Origin: an uncultured delta proteobacterium
Lineage (GTDB): Bacteria > Desulfobacterota > Syntrophia > Syntrophales > UBA2185
Direction of reading: 5' to 3'
Assembly (NCBI GenBank): GCA_963729715.1
Contig: CAVSPA010000007.1
Span: forward strand, 441,051 to 505,050
DNA length: 64,000 bases
The notes under the pieces were generated by a model that saw only the letters and a list, made by a program, of their open reading frames with translations, was not told the origin of the DNA and made no database searches. This document shows positions 39,093 to 48,506 of this stretch, piece after piece. Each line of letters begins with the position of its first letter. Within the stretch, counting starts at the first letter, position 1. A program made the translations under genes and the position numbers.

Positions 39093-41394
39093 TTATGGCC
39101 GCCCCACTGTCAATAAGACGGATTCAGATTTCCGTCTTTTTTATTTCCGCAGCCCTCATTTCCTACCAGATTCTGCTCTTCAAGATTTTCTCCATACAAT
39201 ACTGGTATCATTTCGCTTATCTCGTCATCAGCATTGCCCTCCTAGGCTTCGGTGCAAGCGGCACTTTTATCTTCCTGTTCCGGAGAACTCTGAAGTATCA
39301 TTTCCCGCTTATCATGTCTTCCTGCTCTCTTCTTTTCATATTGTCAATTTGGATGAACATCTATCTGAACCGGATGATTGCCTTCAATCCGCTCATGATC
39401 ATCTGGGACAAGAGCGAGATTTGCCGTGTTTTGTATCTCAGCCTTTCCATCTTCATCCCTTTTTTTCTCGGCGCCCTGTGCATCGGAGTCAGCTTCTTGG
39501 CTGCCTCCAGTTACATTCACAGAATATATTTTGCCAACTTGGCAGGTTCCGGTCTGGGGGGTCTGATTGTTCTTCTCACCTTTCTCCACGTAGGACCTTT
39601 TGAAATTATGTTTGCAATTACGTTGATCACAATTCTCGCGGCCCTGGGAGGAAGCATGACTTATGTTCGGCAGTGAATCGTCTTGGTTGCCGGGGTTGCA
39701 CCGATAATCATCTATATTTTCTTTTTCCGTTCCCTGCCGCTCCCGATGAGCAATTTCAAGGAACTCTCCCAGGCGGAAAATCTCACGGCCGCAAAAAAGG
39801 AACTGGAAATTTTTGGCCCGCTCGGTCTGGTTACGGTACTGGACAGCCCCGCCTACCATTATCTCCCTGATCTGAGTCTGACCTGTCCATATCCGCTGCC
39901 CCGGCAGAAGGGGCTCTTTCTCGATGGAAACACGGTCGGCGCAATAAATGAATTCTCCGGCAATTTGAATGATGTCCGCTTCATGGAGTACCGCACCAAC
40001 TCAGTTGCGTATAAGATTTTAGATCGCCCTCATGCGCTCATCATCGGCGGCGGCTCCGGAACGGAAATACTCAATGCCATGTGCCATGGAGCCGCGAGCA
40101 TCTCCGTCGTGGAATTAAACAGGGACATCATCCATCTGCTGCAAGGGCCATATAAAAAATTCAGCGGCGCCATTTATGTTTCTCCAGATATCCATGCCTT
40201 TATCGAAGAGGGGCGGGGATATTTACAAAAAACGGCAGATCGTTTTGATCTCATAGAGATCAGCCTTATGGAGTCCATGGGAGCCGCGTCTGCCGGTGTA
40301 TATTCCCTCAACGAAAACTATCTATTTACCACGGAGGCAATAAGGCTGTGCATGGAGCGCCTGCGGCCTGAGGGCATCCTCTCCGTCTCCACATGGATCA
40401 AGAATCCTCCGCGGGACAATATCAAGATTCTCGCCACGGCCAAGGAATTCTGCACGGAGCATCTTTTCGATATTTCGTATTACCCGGGAGTTAAAGAAAA
40501 AGAGACAAATATTTTTAACAAGTTTGAAGGCGACCCTTTTTATTCTGCGGCAGTGAGCCTGTTATCGGGGGAAAGAAAAAAGTTCTACGATGCATATCCC
40601 TATTATGTAAGACCGGCCACAGACGACAGGCCTTTCTTTTCTCATTTTTTTAAGATTGAAATGCTCAAGGAATATCTCGGCTCGTCCAACAGCGCCCTGA
40701 TCCCTTTCCTCGATTGGGGATATATACTGGTATGGATAACGGCGTGCGTCGTTTTTTCCTTAGGCATAATCTTCATCCTTGCCCCTATGCCCTTCATTAT
40801 TCCTTCCTGCAAGGGGCTTGCATCAATTATTTTTTATTTTGGTTCTCTCGGACTGGCATATATGTTCCTGGAGATATCTATCCTCCAGCAATTCATCCGC
40901 CATTTCTATGATCCCATCTTCTCCGCGAGCGTCGTGATAGGCTCATTCCTTGTCTATTCAGGGATAGGCAGCCTGATCGCGGGGAATGTCAGTCCCATCA
41001 AGTCGAGACACATATTCTGGTCTGTACTTGCCATTGGTCTCGTTTGCATCATTTTCATTACCGCCGACAGATGGCTGCATAATGTCCTCGCGGGACTCCC
41101 TCTCTCGCTGAGAATGATTTCGTGCAGCCTGCTCATTGCTCCCCTCGCCATCCCTATGGGCATCCCCTTTCCATCGGGACTGAGCACGCTCTCCACAGAA
41201 AGAGGGGGGGTATCGCCTGGGCGTGGAGCATAAACGGTTTCTTTTCCGTTATCGGAAGTTCGGCGGCAGTGTTAATCGCCATCAGCTGGGGTTTCAAGTC
41301 CATTATTCTTATAGCAGTATCACTCTATATCGTCGCGGCATTCCTGTTTTCCCGCCTCTTGAGAATCGTCCCCTCCCTTGGCGGGAGGAATTGA
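39092..41394 (+). pseudogene. Membrane-bound spermidine-synthase-like methyltransferase (TGA at 39674, frameshift at G7 run 41204-41210)
   Basis: ISIALLGFGASG, IIGGGSG, VVELN, ENYLFT, PATDDRPFF and MGIPFP; the C-terminal AWAWSINGFFSVIG lies in another frame. Confidence 0.85.
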
Positions 41395-41516
41395 ATTCGG
41401 CAGCAAGCAGGACGACCGATACTGTTCCTTGAGAATCTTCAAAACTGCTTGCATTGCTAATATCGATGTGAGGTAATAGCATTAACCATTTATCATGTTA
41501 GAAAGGTGATATTTAT

Positions 41517-42398
41517 ATGCCCGCCAATGCGAAGGGCCCGGTAAAGCCCGTATTGATGACTCAGGATGTTGGTAACGCCCAGCTGCCGTATCTCTTATAC
41601 GAAGGCCGCGGGCCCACCATAATCTTTCTTCACGCGACAGGATTCTCGCCCTGGCTATGGCACCCTATTGCAAGAGAATTATCTCCATCGTACAGGATCA
41701 TCGCCCCGTACATGTGCGACTACCGGATAGAAGATCCTGAAAAGGGTGGTCTCGGCTGGGCAAAGATTGCGGGGGACGTTGCCGCTCTTTTAACGAGCAT
41801 CGATATCTGCGATGCATTCCTCGTGGGACACTCTATGGGCGCTACTATCTGCACGATTGCGAATGCGGCCCACGGCGTAAGAGCAAGAGGCATGGTCCTG
41901 ATAGAGCCCATCCTCCTCCCCGATGATTTCTATCGCGCCAAGATTACCGTAAAAGACCATCCCCTGGCTTCTCTTGCAATTAAACGGAGGAACTACTGGA
42001 AGAACGAGTCGGAGGCTATGGACTATCTCAGATCGAGAGAACTGTTCAGGAAATGGAACGACGAAATGCTTGAACTCTATGTCTCGTACGGCATGGAACC
42101 GAAAGAAGGAGGCGGGCTTCAATTGGTCTGTAAACCCGAAATGGAAGCAGGCCTCTTCATGGGTGGTGCGCAATATAACCCGTGGCCCCTGCTGCCGCTT
42201 GTTTCATGCCCTGTCCTTGTCGTCGAGGGAGAGCATAGCGACACCAAGAATTTTGTCGACTTCAAGCGGATTGCCTCCCTACTCACGAAAGGCTCTCATA
42301 CCGTCGTCACGGATGCGGGACATCTTATTCCTATGGAACAGCCGTCAACAGTAGCGGCCGTCATCAACGACTTTGTGAAAAACATACAATCATCATAG
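41517..42398 (+). CDS. Alpha/beta hydrolase
   Basis: HATG, GHSMG and GHLIPMEQP. Confidence 0.9.
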   Translation: MPANAKGPVKPVLMTQDVGNAQLPYLLYEGRGPTIIFLHATGFSPWLWHPIARELSPSYRIIAPYMCDYRIEDPEKGGLGWAKIAGDVAALLTSIDICDAFLVGHSMGATICTIANAAHGVRARGMVLIEPILLPDDFYRAKITVKDHPLASLAIKRRNYWKNESEAMDYLRSRELFRKWNDEMLELYVSYGMEPKEGGGLQLVCKPEMEAGLFMGGAQYNPWPLLPLVSCPVLVVEGEHSDTKNFVDFKRIASLLTKGSHTVVTDAGHLIPMEQPSTVAAVINDFVKNIQSS

Positions 42399-42473
42399 CG
42401 GAAGCTTTTTTACATACTCATCGAGTTTGTTGAGCGCACGTAATATTTTCCCAAAAATAAATTGCATAATGTC

Positions 42474-42501
42474 TTGACAATCATCATTCGTATTATAGAA
42501 T
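42474..42501 (+). promoter_or_regulatory. Sigma70-like promoter
   Basis: TTGACA-N16-TAGAAT. Confidence 0.6.
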
Positions 42502-42572
42502 AATTTGTACATGACTACTGAACCGGTCTCCATGGGACCGGGAAAAAACAACTTTAGAGGAGGGTGAAGAGA

Positions 42573-42791
42573 ATGGCAACTTTGAAAGAAGGAGATTATT
42601 TGACGTGTGAAGTATGCGACCTCGTCGTTGTCGTAGACGAAGAGTGCGGCTGTGCAGTGGGTGGACTTATTTGCTGTGATAAAGAAATGGTCAAAATCAA
42701 GGCTCCAGCCAAGGCAAAGAAGAAAGCAGTAAAGAAGGTAGCCAAGAAGAAGGCCGTGAAAAAGCCTGCCGCCAAGGCGAAGAAAAAATAA
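42573..42791 (+). CDS. Small desulforedoxin-like Cys domain with a Lys/Ala-rich (histone H1-like) tail
   Basis: CEVC...ECGC...LICCDKEM followed by KAKKKAVKKVAKKKAVKKPAAKAKKK; GGAGGG RBS. Confidence 0.75.
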   Translation: MATLKEGDYLTCEVCDLVVVVDEECGCAVGGLICCDKEMVKIKAPAKAKKKAVKKVAKKKAVKKPAAKAKKK

Positions 42792-42831
42792 TTTAGATTC
42801 AGTATGATAATTGTGATTTTCTGCCATTTTC

Positions 42832-42880
42832 GTGAAACCCCGTTTCTCGAATTCACATGAGGATGGGGTTTTACGTTTTT
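42832..42880 (+). terminator. Intrinsic terminator
   Basis: GTGAAACCCCGTTTCTC...GAGGATGGGGTTTTAC then GTTTTTT. Confidence 0.65.
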
Positions 42881-42987
42881 TTGCCTTCTTTCTCACCCCT
42901 TTACGAAAGGGGTTGGGAGGATTTTTCGCTTATGTAAAATCCTCCTCTATTACCCTTTTGCAAAAGCGGGACTCAAGGTAACGATAG

Positions 42988-43734
42988 ATGAGCACGAAAA
43001 TTATTGATTCCCATATGCACTGCGGCATCCAGAATTCTAACCTGCCTTTTGAGGACATCCAGAGATGCCTTGATTCCGCAGAAATAGAAGGCGCATGCCT
43101 CTTTGCACCGGTCGAGGATATCTATGACCGGTACGACTATAACTTCCAAGACAACTTCGCCTGGGTCACCTGCAGGCAGCAGGCTAATGAATATGTGCTG
43201 GACATCCAGCGGATCCATGAGAATTTCTTTGCCTATTACTTTGTATGGAACGACTTCCGGAAGGATGAGCTCAGGAAAGGCTACAAGGCGATCAAGTGGC
43301 ATCGCCACGAATCCGAACCGGTCTATCATTACGATGATCCGCTCTGCGAGACATTCTTGCAGGAGGCATATCGTCTGAAGCTTCCCATTGTCCTCGAAGA
43401 ATCATTTGCGAACACCCGCTCTTTCATAAGAAGGGTGGGTGGCAGAACCGTCGTCCTCATTCCCCACATGGGGGGACTTAACGGCGGCTTTTCCGCCATC
43501 TTCAAGTCAGGGATCTGGGATGACGAAACCGTCTATGCCGATACTGCGCTGGCCTCGGGACGCGAGATCGCGCAATTTCTGGAGAGGTATGGAAGCAGGA
43601 GAATCCTTTTCGGAAGCGATTTCCCCTTCGGTACACCCGGAGGTGAGCTTCAGGAAATTAGAGGGATGAACCTCGGAAAAGATGATTTCGAGAATATCGT
43701 ATGCCGCAACATTTTAAGACTGCTCAATATCTGA
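42988..43734 (+). CDS. Amidohydrolase_2 family metal-dependent hydrolase
   Basis: IIDSHMH, PHMG, YADTA and LFGSDFPF. Confidence 0.85.
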   Translation: MSTKIIDSHMHCGIQNSNLPFEDIQRCLDSAEIEGACLFAPVEDIYDRYDYNFQDNFAWVTCRQQANEYVLDIQRIHENFFAYYFVWNDFRKDELRKGYKAIKWHRHESEPVYHYDDPLCETFLQEAYRLKLPIVLEESFANTRSFIRRVGGRTVVLIPHMGGLNGGFSAIFKSGIWDDETVYADTALASGREIAQFLERYGSRRILFGSDFPFGTPGGELQEIRGMNLGKDDFENIVCRNILRLLNI

Positions 43735-43824
43735 TTAAGGTCTAAGATTCTATTTGTGAAAAATTATTTTTATATTACAATGATTGATACTACGTAACTA
43801 TCGTCAGTCATACGGGAGGTGCAT

Positions 43825-44751
43825 ATGAAAATCACAATCATGGGAACAGGCGGAGTTGGAGGATACTACGGGGCGCTGCTTGCGAAAGCAGGCAAAGATG
43901 TGACATTCATTGCCCGCGGCGCGCATCTTCAGGCAATACGCATGCACGGCCTGCAAATAAAGAGCGTCCATGGCGATTTCCAGGTCTCGAAGGCCAAGGC
44001 AAGCGACAAACCTGCCGACGTCGGACCTGTTGACCTTATAATATTTGCAACAAAGACATATCAGACCGACGAAGCCGCAAACGCGATCAAACCCATGGTC
44101 GGCAAAAGCACAGTGGTTGTTCCACTCCAAAACGGCGTAGACGCGGCAGATCGCATCGGCCAGGTGATAGGAACGGAACACGTGCTCGGCGGGGCTACGT
44201 GGCTTTCCGCAGCGATCGAGGGACCGGGCATAATCGGCCAGTACAGTGAATTCCGCCGCATCGCATTGGGCGAATTCAGCGGCAAGACGACACCGCGGCT
44301 CACTGCCGTCTGCGACCTGCTTAATGAAACCGGCGCGGCAGTTGAAATAAGCGATAATATCCTGAAGGTCCTATGGACGAAATTCGTCTTCATTTCATCC
44401 GTCAGCGCCATGGGCGGCCTGACCCGTGTGACGTTCGGCGAGTACCGCGGAGTGCCGGAAGCGCGCGCTCTGCTCGGCGAGGCTATCGGCGAAGTGGCGG
44501 CTGTGGCGAGAGCCAGAGGCGTGAAACTTGATGCCGACATACTCGCAAAGACGCAAGCCTTCATTGACAGCAGCGCACCGGGCATAAAGCCCTCAATGCA
44601 GCGCGATGTGGAGGCCGGGAAGCCGTCCGAATTGGAGTCGTTGATCGGCGTGGTTGTGCGCATGGGCGCGGAGAAAAATGTGCCTACACCGGTGATGCGC
44701 TTCGCTTACGCGTTGCTCAAGCCGGGTGAGACGAAAGCACAGCAGTGCTGA
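43825..44751 (+). CDS. panE: 2-dehydropantoate 2-reductase
   Basis: GTGGVGGYYG, QNG, LWTKF and SMQRD..GKPSELE. Confidence 0.9.
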   Translation: MKITIMGTGGVGGYYGALLAKAGKDVTFIARGAHLQAIRMHGLQIKSVHGDFQVSKAKASDKPADVGPVDLIIFATKTYQTDEAANAIKPMVGKSTVVVPLQNGVDAADRIGQVIGTEHVLGGATWLSAAIEGPGIIGQYSEFRRIALGEFSGKTTPRLTAVCDLLNETGAAVEISDNILKVLWTKFVFISSVSAMGGLTRVTFGEYRGVPEARALLGEAIGEVAAVARARGVKLDADILAKTQAFIDSSAPGIKPSMQRDVEAGKPSELESLIGVVVRMGAEKNVPTPVMRFAYALLKPGETKAQQC

Positions 44752-44791
44752 AAATTATCGCTCGACAAAACTGCCTCGTAATTCTCCTTAT

Positions 44792-44895
44792 TGTCATTTC
44801 GGGCAAAGCGAGAACTCTTTGTCCCTGCCGAAGAGCGGGATATTAAAGATTCCTCACGGAGTTTACCCTAAGTAAACCTAAGGGTTCGGAATGAC
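44792..44895. repeat. Degenerate REP/MITE-like palindromic element
   Basis: Ends TGTCATTTCG...CGGAATGAC between convergent genes. Confidence 0.5.
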
Positions 44896-44972
44896 TTTCC
44901 ACTATTACTATACAGACATAGGTGGTGTGCTGGGGGATTTTTGCGACATCATAACCTCTTGCGGAGAACTCG

Positions 44973-45686
44973 CTAGAGATCAATCTTTTTGAAAAAGGCG
45001 GGCTTCAGAAGGATATTCTTGTTTTCTAAAATTTCAATCTCTTCCGACTGAAGGAAGCGCTTGAGGGAGCGGGTGACCGTCTCTCTCGCGGTTGCTGCAA
45101 GTTCGGCGATGTCCTTGTGTCTCAGTCTTAAGTTGACTATCGTCCCTCTCTGATCCTTGACCCCGAACTGGTCGCTGACATTTTTCAGCACCACTCTTAT
45201 CCGCTGCTCTGCGCCGGCAAAGCTGAGCACCTTTAGCATCAGCCATGCCTCTCTCAACCGTGAGCAGAGCATGAACATAATCTCCATCAGGACTTTCCTG
45301 TTCTGCAATAGATGGCCTTGAAAATCTCTTGCAGAGATGAATCCGACGCTTGTCTCCTCCATGGCCACGACTGTCGCCGGTGCAGTCATCCCGTCGAGTA
45401 TGGCCATCTCACCGAAGAACTCACCTCTCTTTCGAATGGCAACGATCCTCTCCTGGCCTTCCACGCTGAGCTGAATGACCTTAACTTTGCCGGAATAAAC
45501 AAAGTAGAGGTAATTGAGGGTATCCTCTTCGTGCAGTATGACCTGATTTTTCTTAAAGTGTTTCTCAACGACGTCTTTCCTCAGATCGGCTAATTCATCT
45601 TCCGACAGGCAGGACAAAAACGGAATCTTCCGGATGATAAAATCGAAGTTTGATTTCTGGAACTTATCGCTAATATCTTTTCTCAT
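44973..45686 (-). CDS. Crp/Fnr-family transcriptional regulator
   Basis: GEFFGEMA; HTH HKDIAELAATARETVTR. Confidence 0.92.
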   Translation of the reverse strand: MRKDISDKFQKSNFDFIIRKIPFLSCLSEDELADLRKDVVEKHFKKNQVILHEEDTLNYLYFVYSGKVKVIQLSVEGQERIVAIRKRGEFFGEMAILDGMTAPATVVAMEETSVGFISARDFQGHLLQNRKVLMEIMFMLCSRLREAWLMLKVLSFAGAEQRIRVVLKNVSDQFGVKDQRGTIVNLRLRHKDIAELAATARETVTRSLKRFLQSEEIEILENKNILLKPAFFKKIDL

Positions 45687-45957
45687 GTCACTTATAATAC
45701 CTCAGTTGAGCCGTGACAAAGTACCGATGGAAAGAGTTTTACAGATTTTCCGGCTTGAAGCAACAGAAATTGTCAAGCTGTCGGCAAGAACATCCATACT
45801 AAGGCAAAGGAAATGGCCGGGTGCAGATCTTGGTTGGCCATTTTCACATGTCCAAAACTACACCGCAGATATGAATCAGTCCAGTTGCAGGCCTGACAAG
45901 CTATACGAGCCACTTACCTGGTGATCATTATATGGTTGCTTGTCGTATCTCTTTTTA

Positions 45958-46518
45958 TTAAAGTTTCAAAAATCTTAGCGAGGCAATGTTTGGGTTCTTA
46001 CCCGAGAATTCCCAAGTTCCCCGCACTTCCAGGTGTGGTCCGCTTTTCAATACAGGCCATTGGGGTTTCTCGACAACCGTGTCCTTCACGTCTTCTTTTA
46101 CCACCGGTGCCGGGGGCTTTGGTAAAGCTATCTCGATAGCCTTTTTCACCGCCGGTTTTGCGACCTTTGGCGCCGCTTTTTTCACTGCCTTTTTCGCAAC
46201 AGGCTTCTTCTTGGGCGCTGCCTTCTTCACGGCTTTCTTTACTACCCGCTTTATAGCCTTCGGTGTAGCTTTTTTCACGGCCTTCCTCACCGCAGGCTTC
46301 TTCCTCTTGGGCACCGCCTTCTTTACGACTTTTTTTACCACCCGCTTTGTGCTCCTCGGTGTCGCTTTCTTCACGGCCCTCTTCGCCCCGGGCTTCTTCC
46401 CCTTTGGCGCCGCTTTCTTAACATTTTTTCTCGCAATAGACTTCTTGATTTTAACCGTCGCCTTCTTCACACTCTTCTTTGCAGTCCGTTTCTTTTTGCT
46501 GGTAGACGCCTTTGCCAT
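45958..46518 (-). CDS. Histone H1-like Lys/Ala/Pro-rich repetitive protein
   Basis: Approximately 16-aa KKA(A/T/V)PK...KKAV repeats; GGAGGA RBS. Confidence 0.8.
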   Translation of the reverse strand: MAKASTSKKKRTAKKSVKKATVKIKKSIARKNVKKAAPKGKKPGAKRAVKKATPRSTKRVVKKVVKKAVPKRKKPAVRKAVKKATPKAIKRVVKKAVKKAAPKKKPVAKKAVKKAAPKVAKPAVKKAIEIALPKPPAPVVKEDVKDTVVEKPQWPVLKSGPHLEVRGTWEFSGKNPNIASLRFLKL

Positions 46519-46553
46519 CGCCTGTTTCCTCCTTTCTCTTCATTGATGTTGCA

Positions 46554-47294
46554 CTATTTCTTAATCATTGCCCCTTCTTCAATTGTCTTTTTCATTTTCG
46601 GATCATTAAACATTTTTTCGAGGGCATCTGAAAGCACAGCATTTATCTGCTTTTCCAACAATTCTTCAGAAAACGACACATCTTTTAGAGAATTACTATT
46701 TTCGACACTCGCACGATAAAATATTCTCTTATCAGGAACATTGGCGAAGACGAAACTTAGTTTTACCTTAGCTTGATAAGTCTTCGCCGGGAACGATTTC
46801 TCGCAAACAATCTCGAGGTCGTCGATATTGCCGCCGATCAATATTCTCCCCCAGTCTTTGCCGATCGTTTCTTCCTTTAAGTCCCAACGGGGCATTTCAT
46901 TCGAGACCTTGTAGCCCGACTTGAAAAGATATTCCCTGATACTCGCGGTCACAGCCTCGGTCACTTTCTTATATCTTGGAAGAATGGGGATCCGGTCACC
47001 TTCCATAGTCGTGACCCTTCCGAGGACAAGCGTATCATCCACCTTCCGGATATCATTAAACACGGCAACCGTAACAGGAATATCCGGTCCGGTTGTTTCC
47101 GGCTTCATAATTTGTCCGGCTGGTTCGTACTTCAGATCGACGTGATAAACAGCGGGCGAGCAGGCAGTGAGACCGACCAATACGCATATGAGTAGGATGG
47201 CTTTAGGAATGATGCCTGATCTGTAGCTGCCTTTCTCTCTTTCGAGATTCGTTGGTTTGTAATGATGTCTGTTCTTCCGTTCTATATCGCTCAC
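46554..47294 (-). CDS. Hypothetical lipoprotein (YajG-like)
   Basis: Hydrophobic stretch plus LTAC lipobox. Confidence 0.6.
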   Translation of the reverse strand: MSDIERKNRHHYKPTNLEREKGSYRSGIIPKAILLICVLVGLTACSPAVYHVDLKYEPAGQIMKPETTGPDIPVTVAVFNDIRKVDDTLVLGRVTTMEGDRIPILPRYKKVTEAVTASIREYLFKSGYKVSNEMPRWDLKEETIGKDWGRILIGGNIDDLEIVCEKSFPAKTYQAKVKLSFVFANVPDKRIFYRASVENSNSLKDVSFSEELLEKQINAVLSDALEKMFNDPKMKKTIEEGAMIKK

Positions 47295-47365
47295 GATGAA
47301 CCTCCCTGATGTCTAACTCCCGTCTCGATTATTGTCGGGGCATTATACCAATTATTTTATGAATA

Positions 47366-47418
47366 GTGTAACAGCTCAAATAAGCGGCGGACCGGTACGC
47401 TGCATTTGATTGTTAGGT
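47366..47418 (-). mobile_element. Degenerate integron attC-like site
   Basis: Minus strand ACCTAAC-AATCAAATGCAGCG...CCGCTTATTTGA-GCT-GTTACAC; RYYYAAC overlaps the gene's stop codon. Confidence 0.6.
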
Positions 47419-48192
47419 CAATATAACTTCTTCCCAATTGGGTTCCCACAAAAAATTGCCAATTGAAATTTCCAGGGAGTCCTCAACCATTCTACCTATA
47501 CGATTAATATGTTGACGAAGAGACATTTCACTGACCATTGCAACAAAGCGTACCAATTGCTGTGCATTCGTTTCCTCCGCTCTCGCAACTTGCCAAAATC
47601 TACGTATTCCGTCATTGTGTGGTCTATAAATTCCTTTTCCAAGAACGCAGATTATACTAACTTTTCCAGATACCGGGTCCATTCCGCTTCTTTGACATGC
47701 TTCATAGAAACGCATGATCTCATTCTTATCTCTTGCTCTTGAATCATACCCAAACAAATAATTGTGCGCTCCCTCTATTCCCTTGGGCTGTGAACGGACA
47801 TCAACTTTGAACTGTGCGACAGCTTGGCTGCGTTTAACAAATTGAAGGTAATCCTCTGCTTCAAGACTAGATTTGACCTCTATTCGACCAAGTACTCCAT
47901 TATAGTGATAGACCCCGTTTGTGCCACCGAAGTACATTTTTATGGCTGGAGTAATTTCTCTGTCGTACAAGATTACATCATCTGCACCTTCGTGCTGTTC
48001 CTGATCTCTTGTGTCGATTATCGTACCTTTTCCTGGCTCAAGGAAATAAGGAAGCCTAGTTGCCATGAATGCAAGCAAGATATCCTCTCTCAGAGTACCG
48101 CGCAAATTCTTGTGTTTTATTTTGTTCTGAATAAAGGATTTGTTAATAGCCGCTTCCGCATCAGCAAGTAATGTTTTTGCAATGTAGTGCAT
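47413..48192 (-). CDS. DUF6602-like protein, putative PD-(D/E)xK nuclease-like fold
   Basis: H...RGTLRE, GTIID, DVILYD and IEVKSSL; visibly AT-richer than its neighbours. Confidence 0.65.
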   Translation of the reverse strand: MHYIAKTLLADAEAAINKSFIQNKIKHKNLRGTLREDILLAFMATRLPYFLEPGKGTIIDTRDQEQHEGADDVILYDREITPAIKMYFGGTNGVYHYNGVLGRIEVKSSLEAEDYLQFVKRSQAVAQFKVDVRSQPKGIEGAHNYLFGYDSRARDKNEIMRFYEACQRSGMDPVSGKVSIICVLGKGIYRPHNDGIRRFWQVARAEETNAQQLVRFVAMVSEMSLRQHINRIGRMVEDSLEISIGNFLWEPNWEEVILT

Positions 48193-48440
48193 GTTAGTCT
48201 CCCTAAAAATATACAGTCTGTATAAGGCGACTTAAAGTACGTCTAATGGGCTACGCAAACATGCCGTTGTTTAACACTTAGGTGTAAATCATTACGCCGT
48301 AAATAAACTACTTTATACGTCATTTGTCAAAGATTTTTGATTCTGGGAAAGACCTGCCACAAGATGAATATTTCTATTTATTATCAGTGCTGTCTTAAGC
48401 CTTGGACTGCAGGAAGAAGTCTGGGATCAAGCCTGATGTC

Positions 48441-48466
48441 TATGGTGGTGAAGCCGGGACGTAAAC
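48441..48466 (-). repeat. Degenerate copy of a tRNA-Leu-like 3' end (relic att site)
   Basis: 21/26 identical to 63151-63176 in the same orientation. Confidence 0.55.
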
Positions 48467-48506
48467 AGAGATGAAGTGATTTTTACGGCTGCCCGGTTGA
48501 AGTATC

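Noticed and set aside
46130..46420. CRISPR-like periodic repeats
   Set aside because: The periodicity comes from coding repeats of the histone-like protein; there are no identical repeats with unique spacers.
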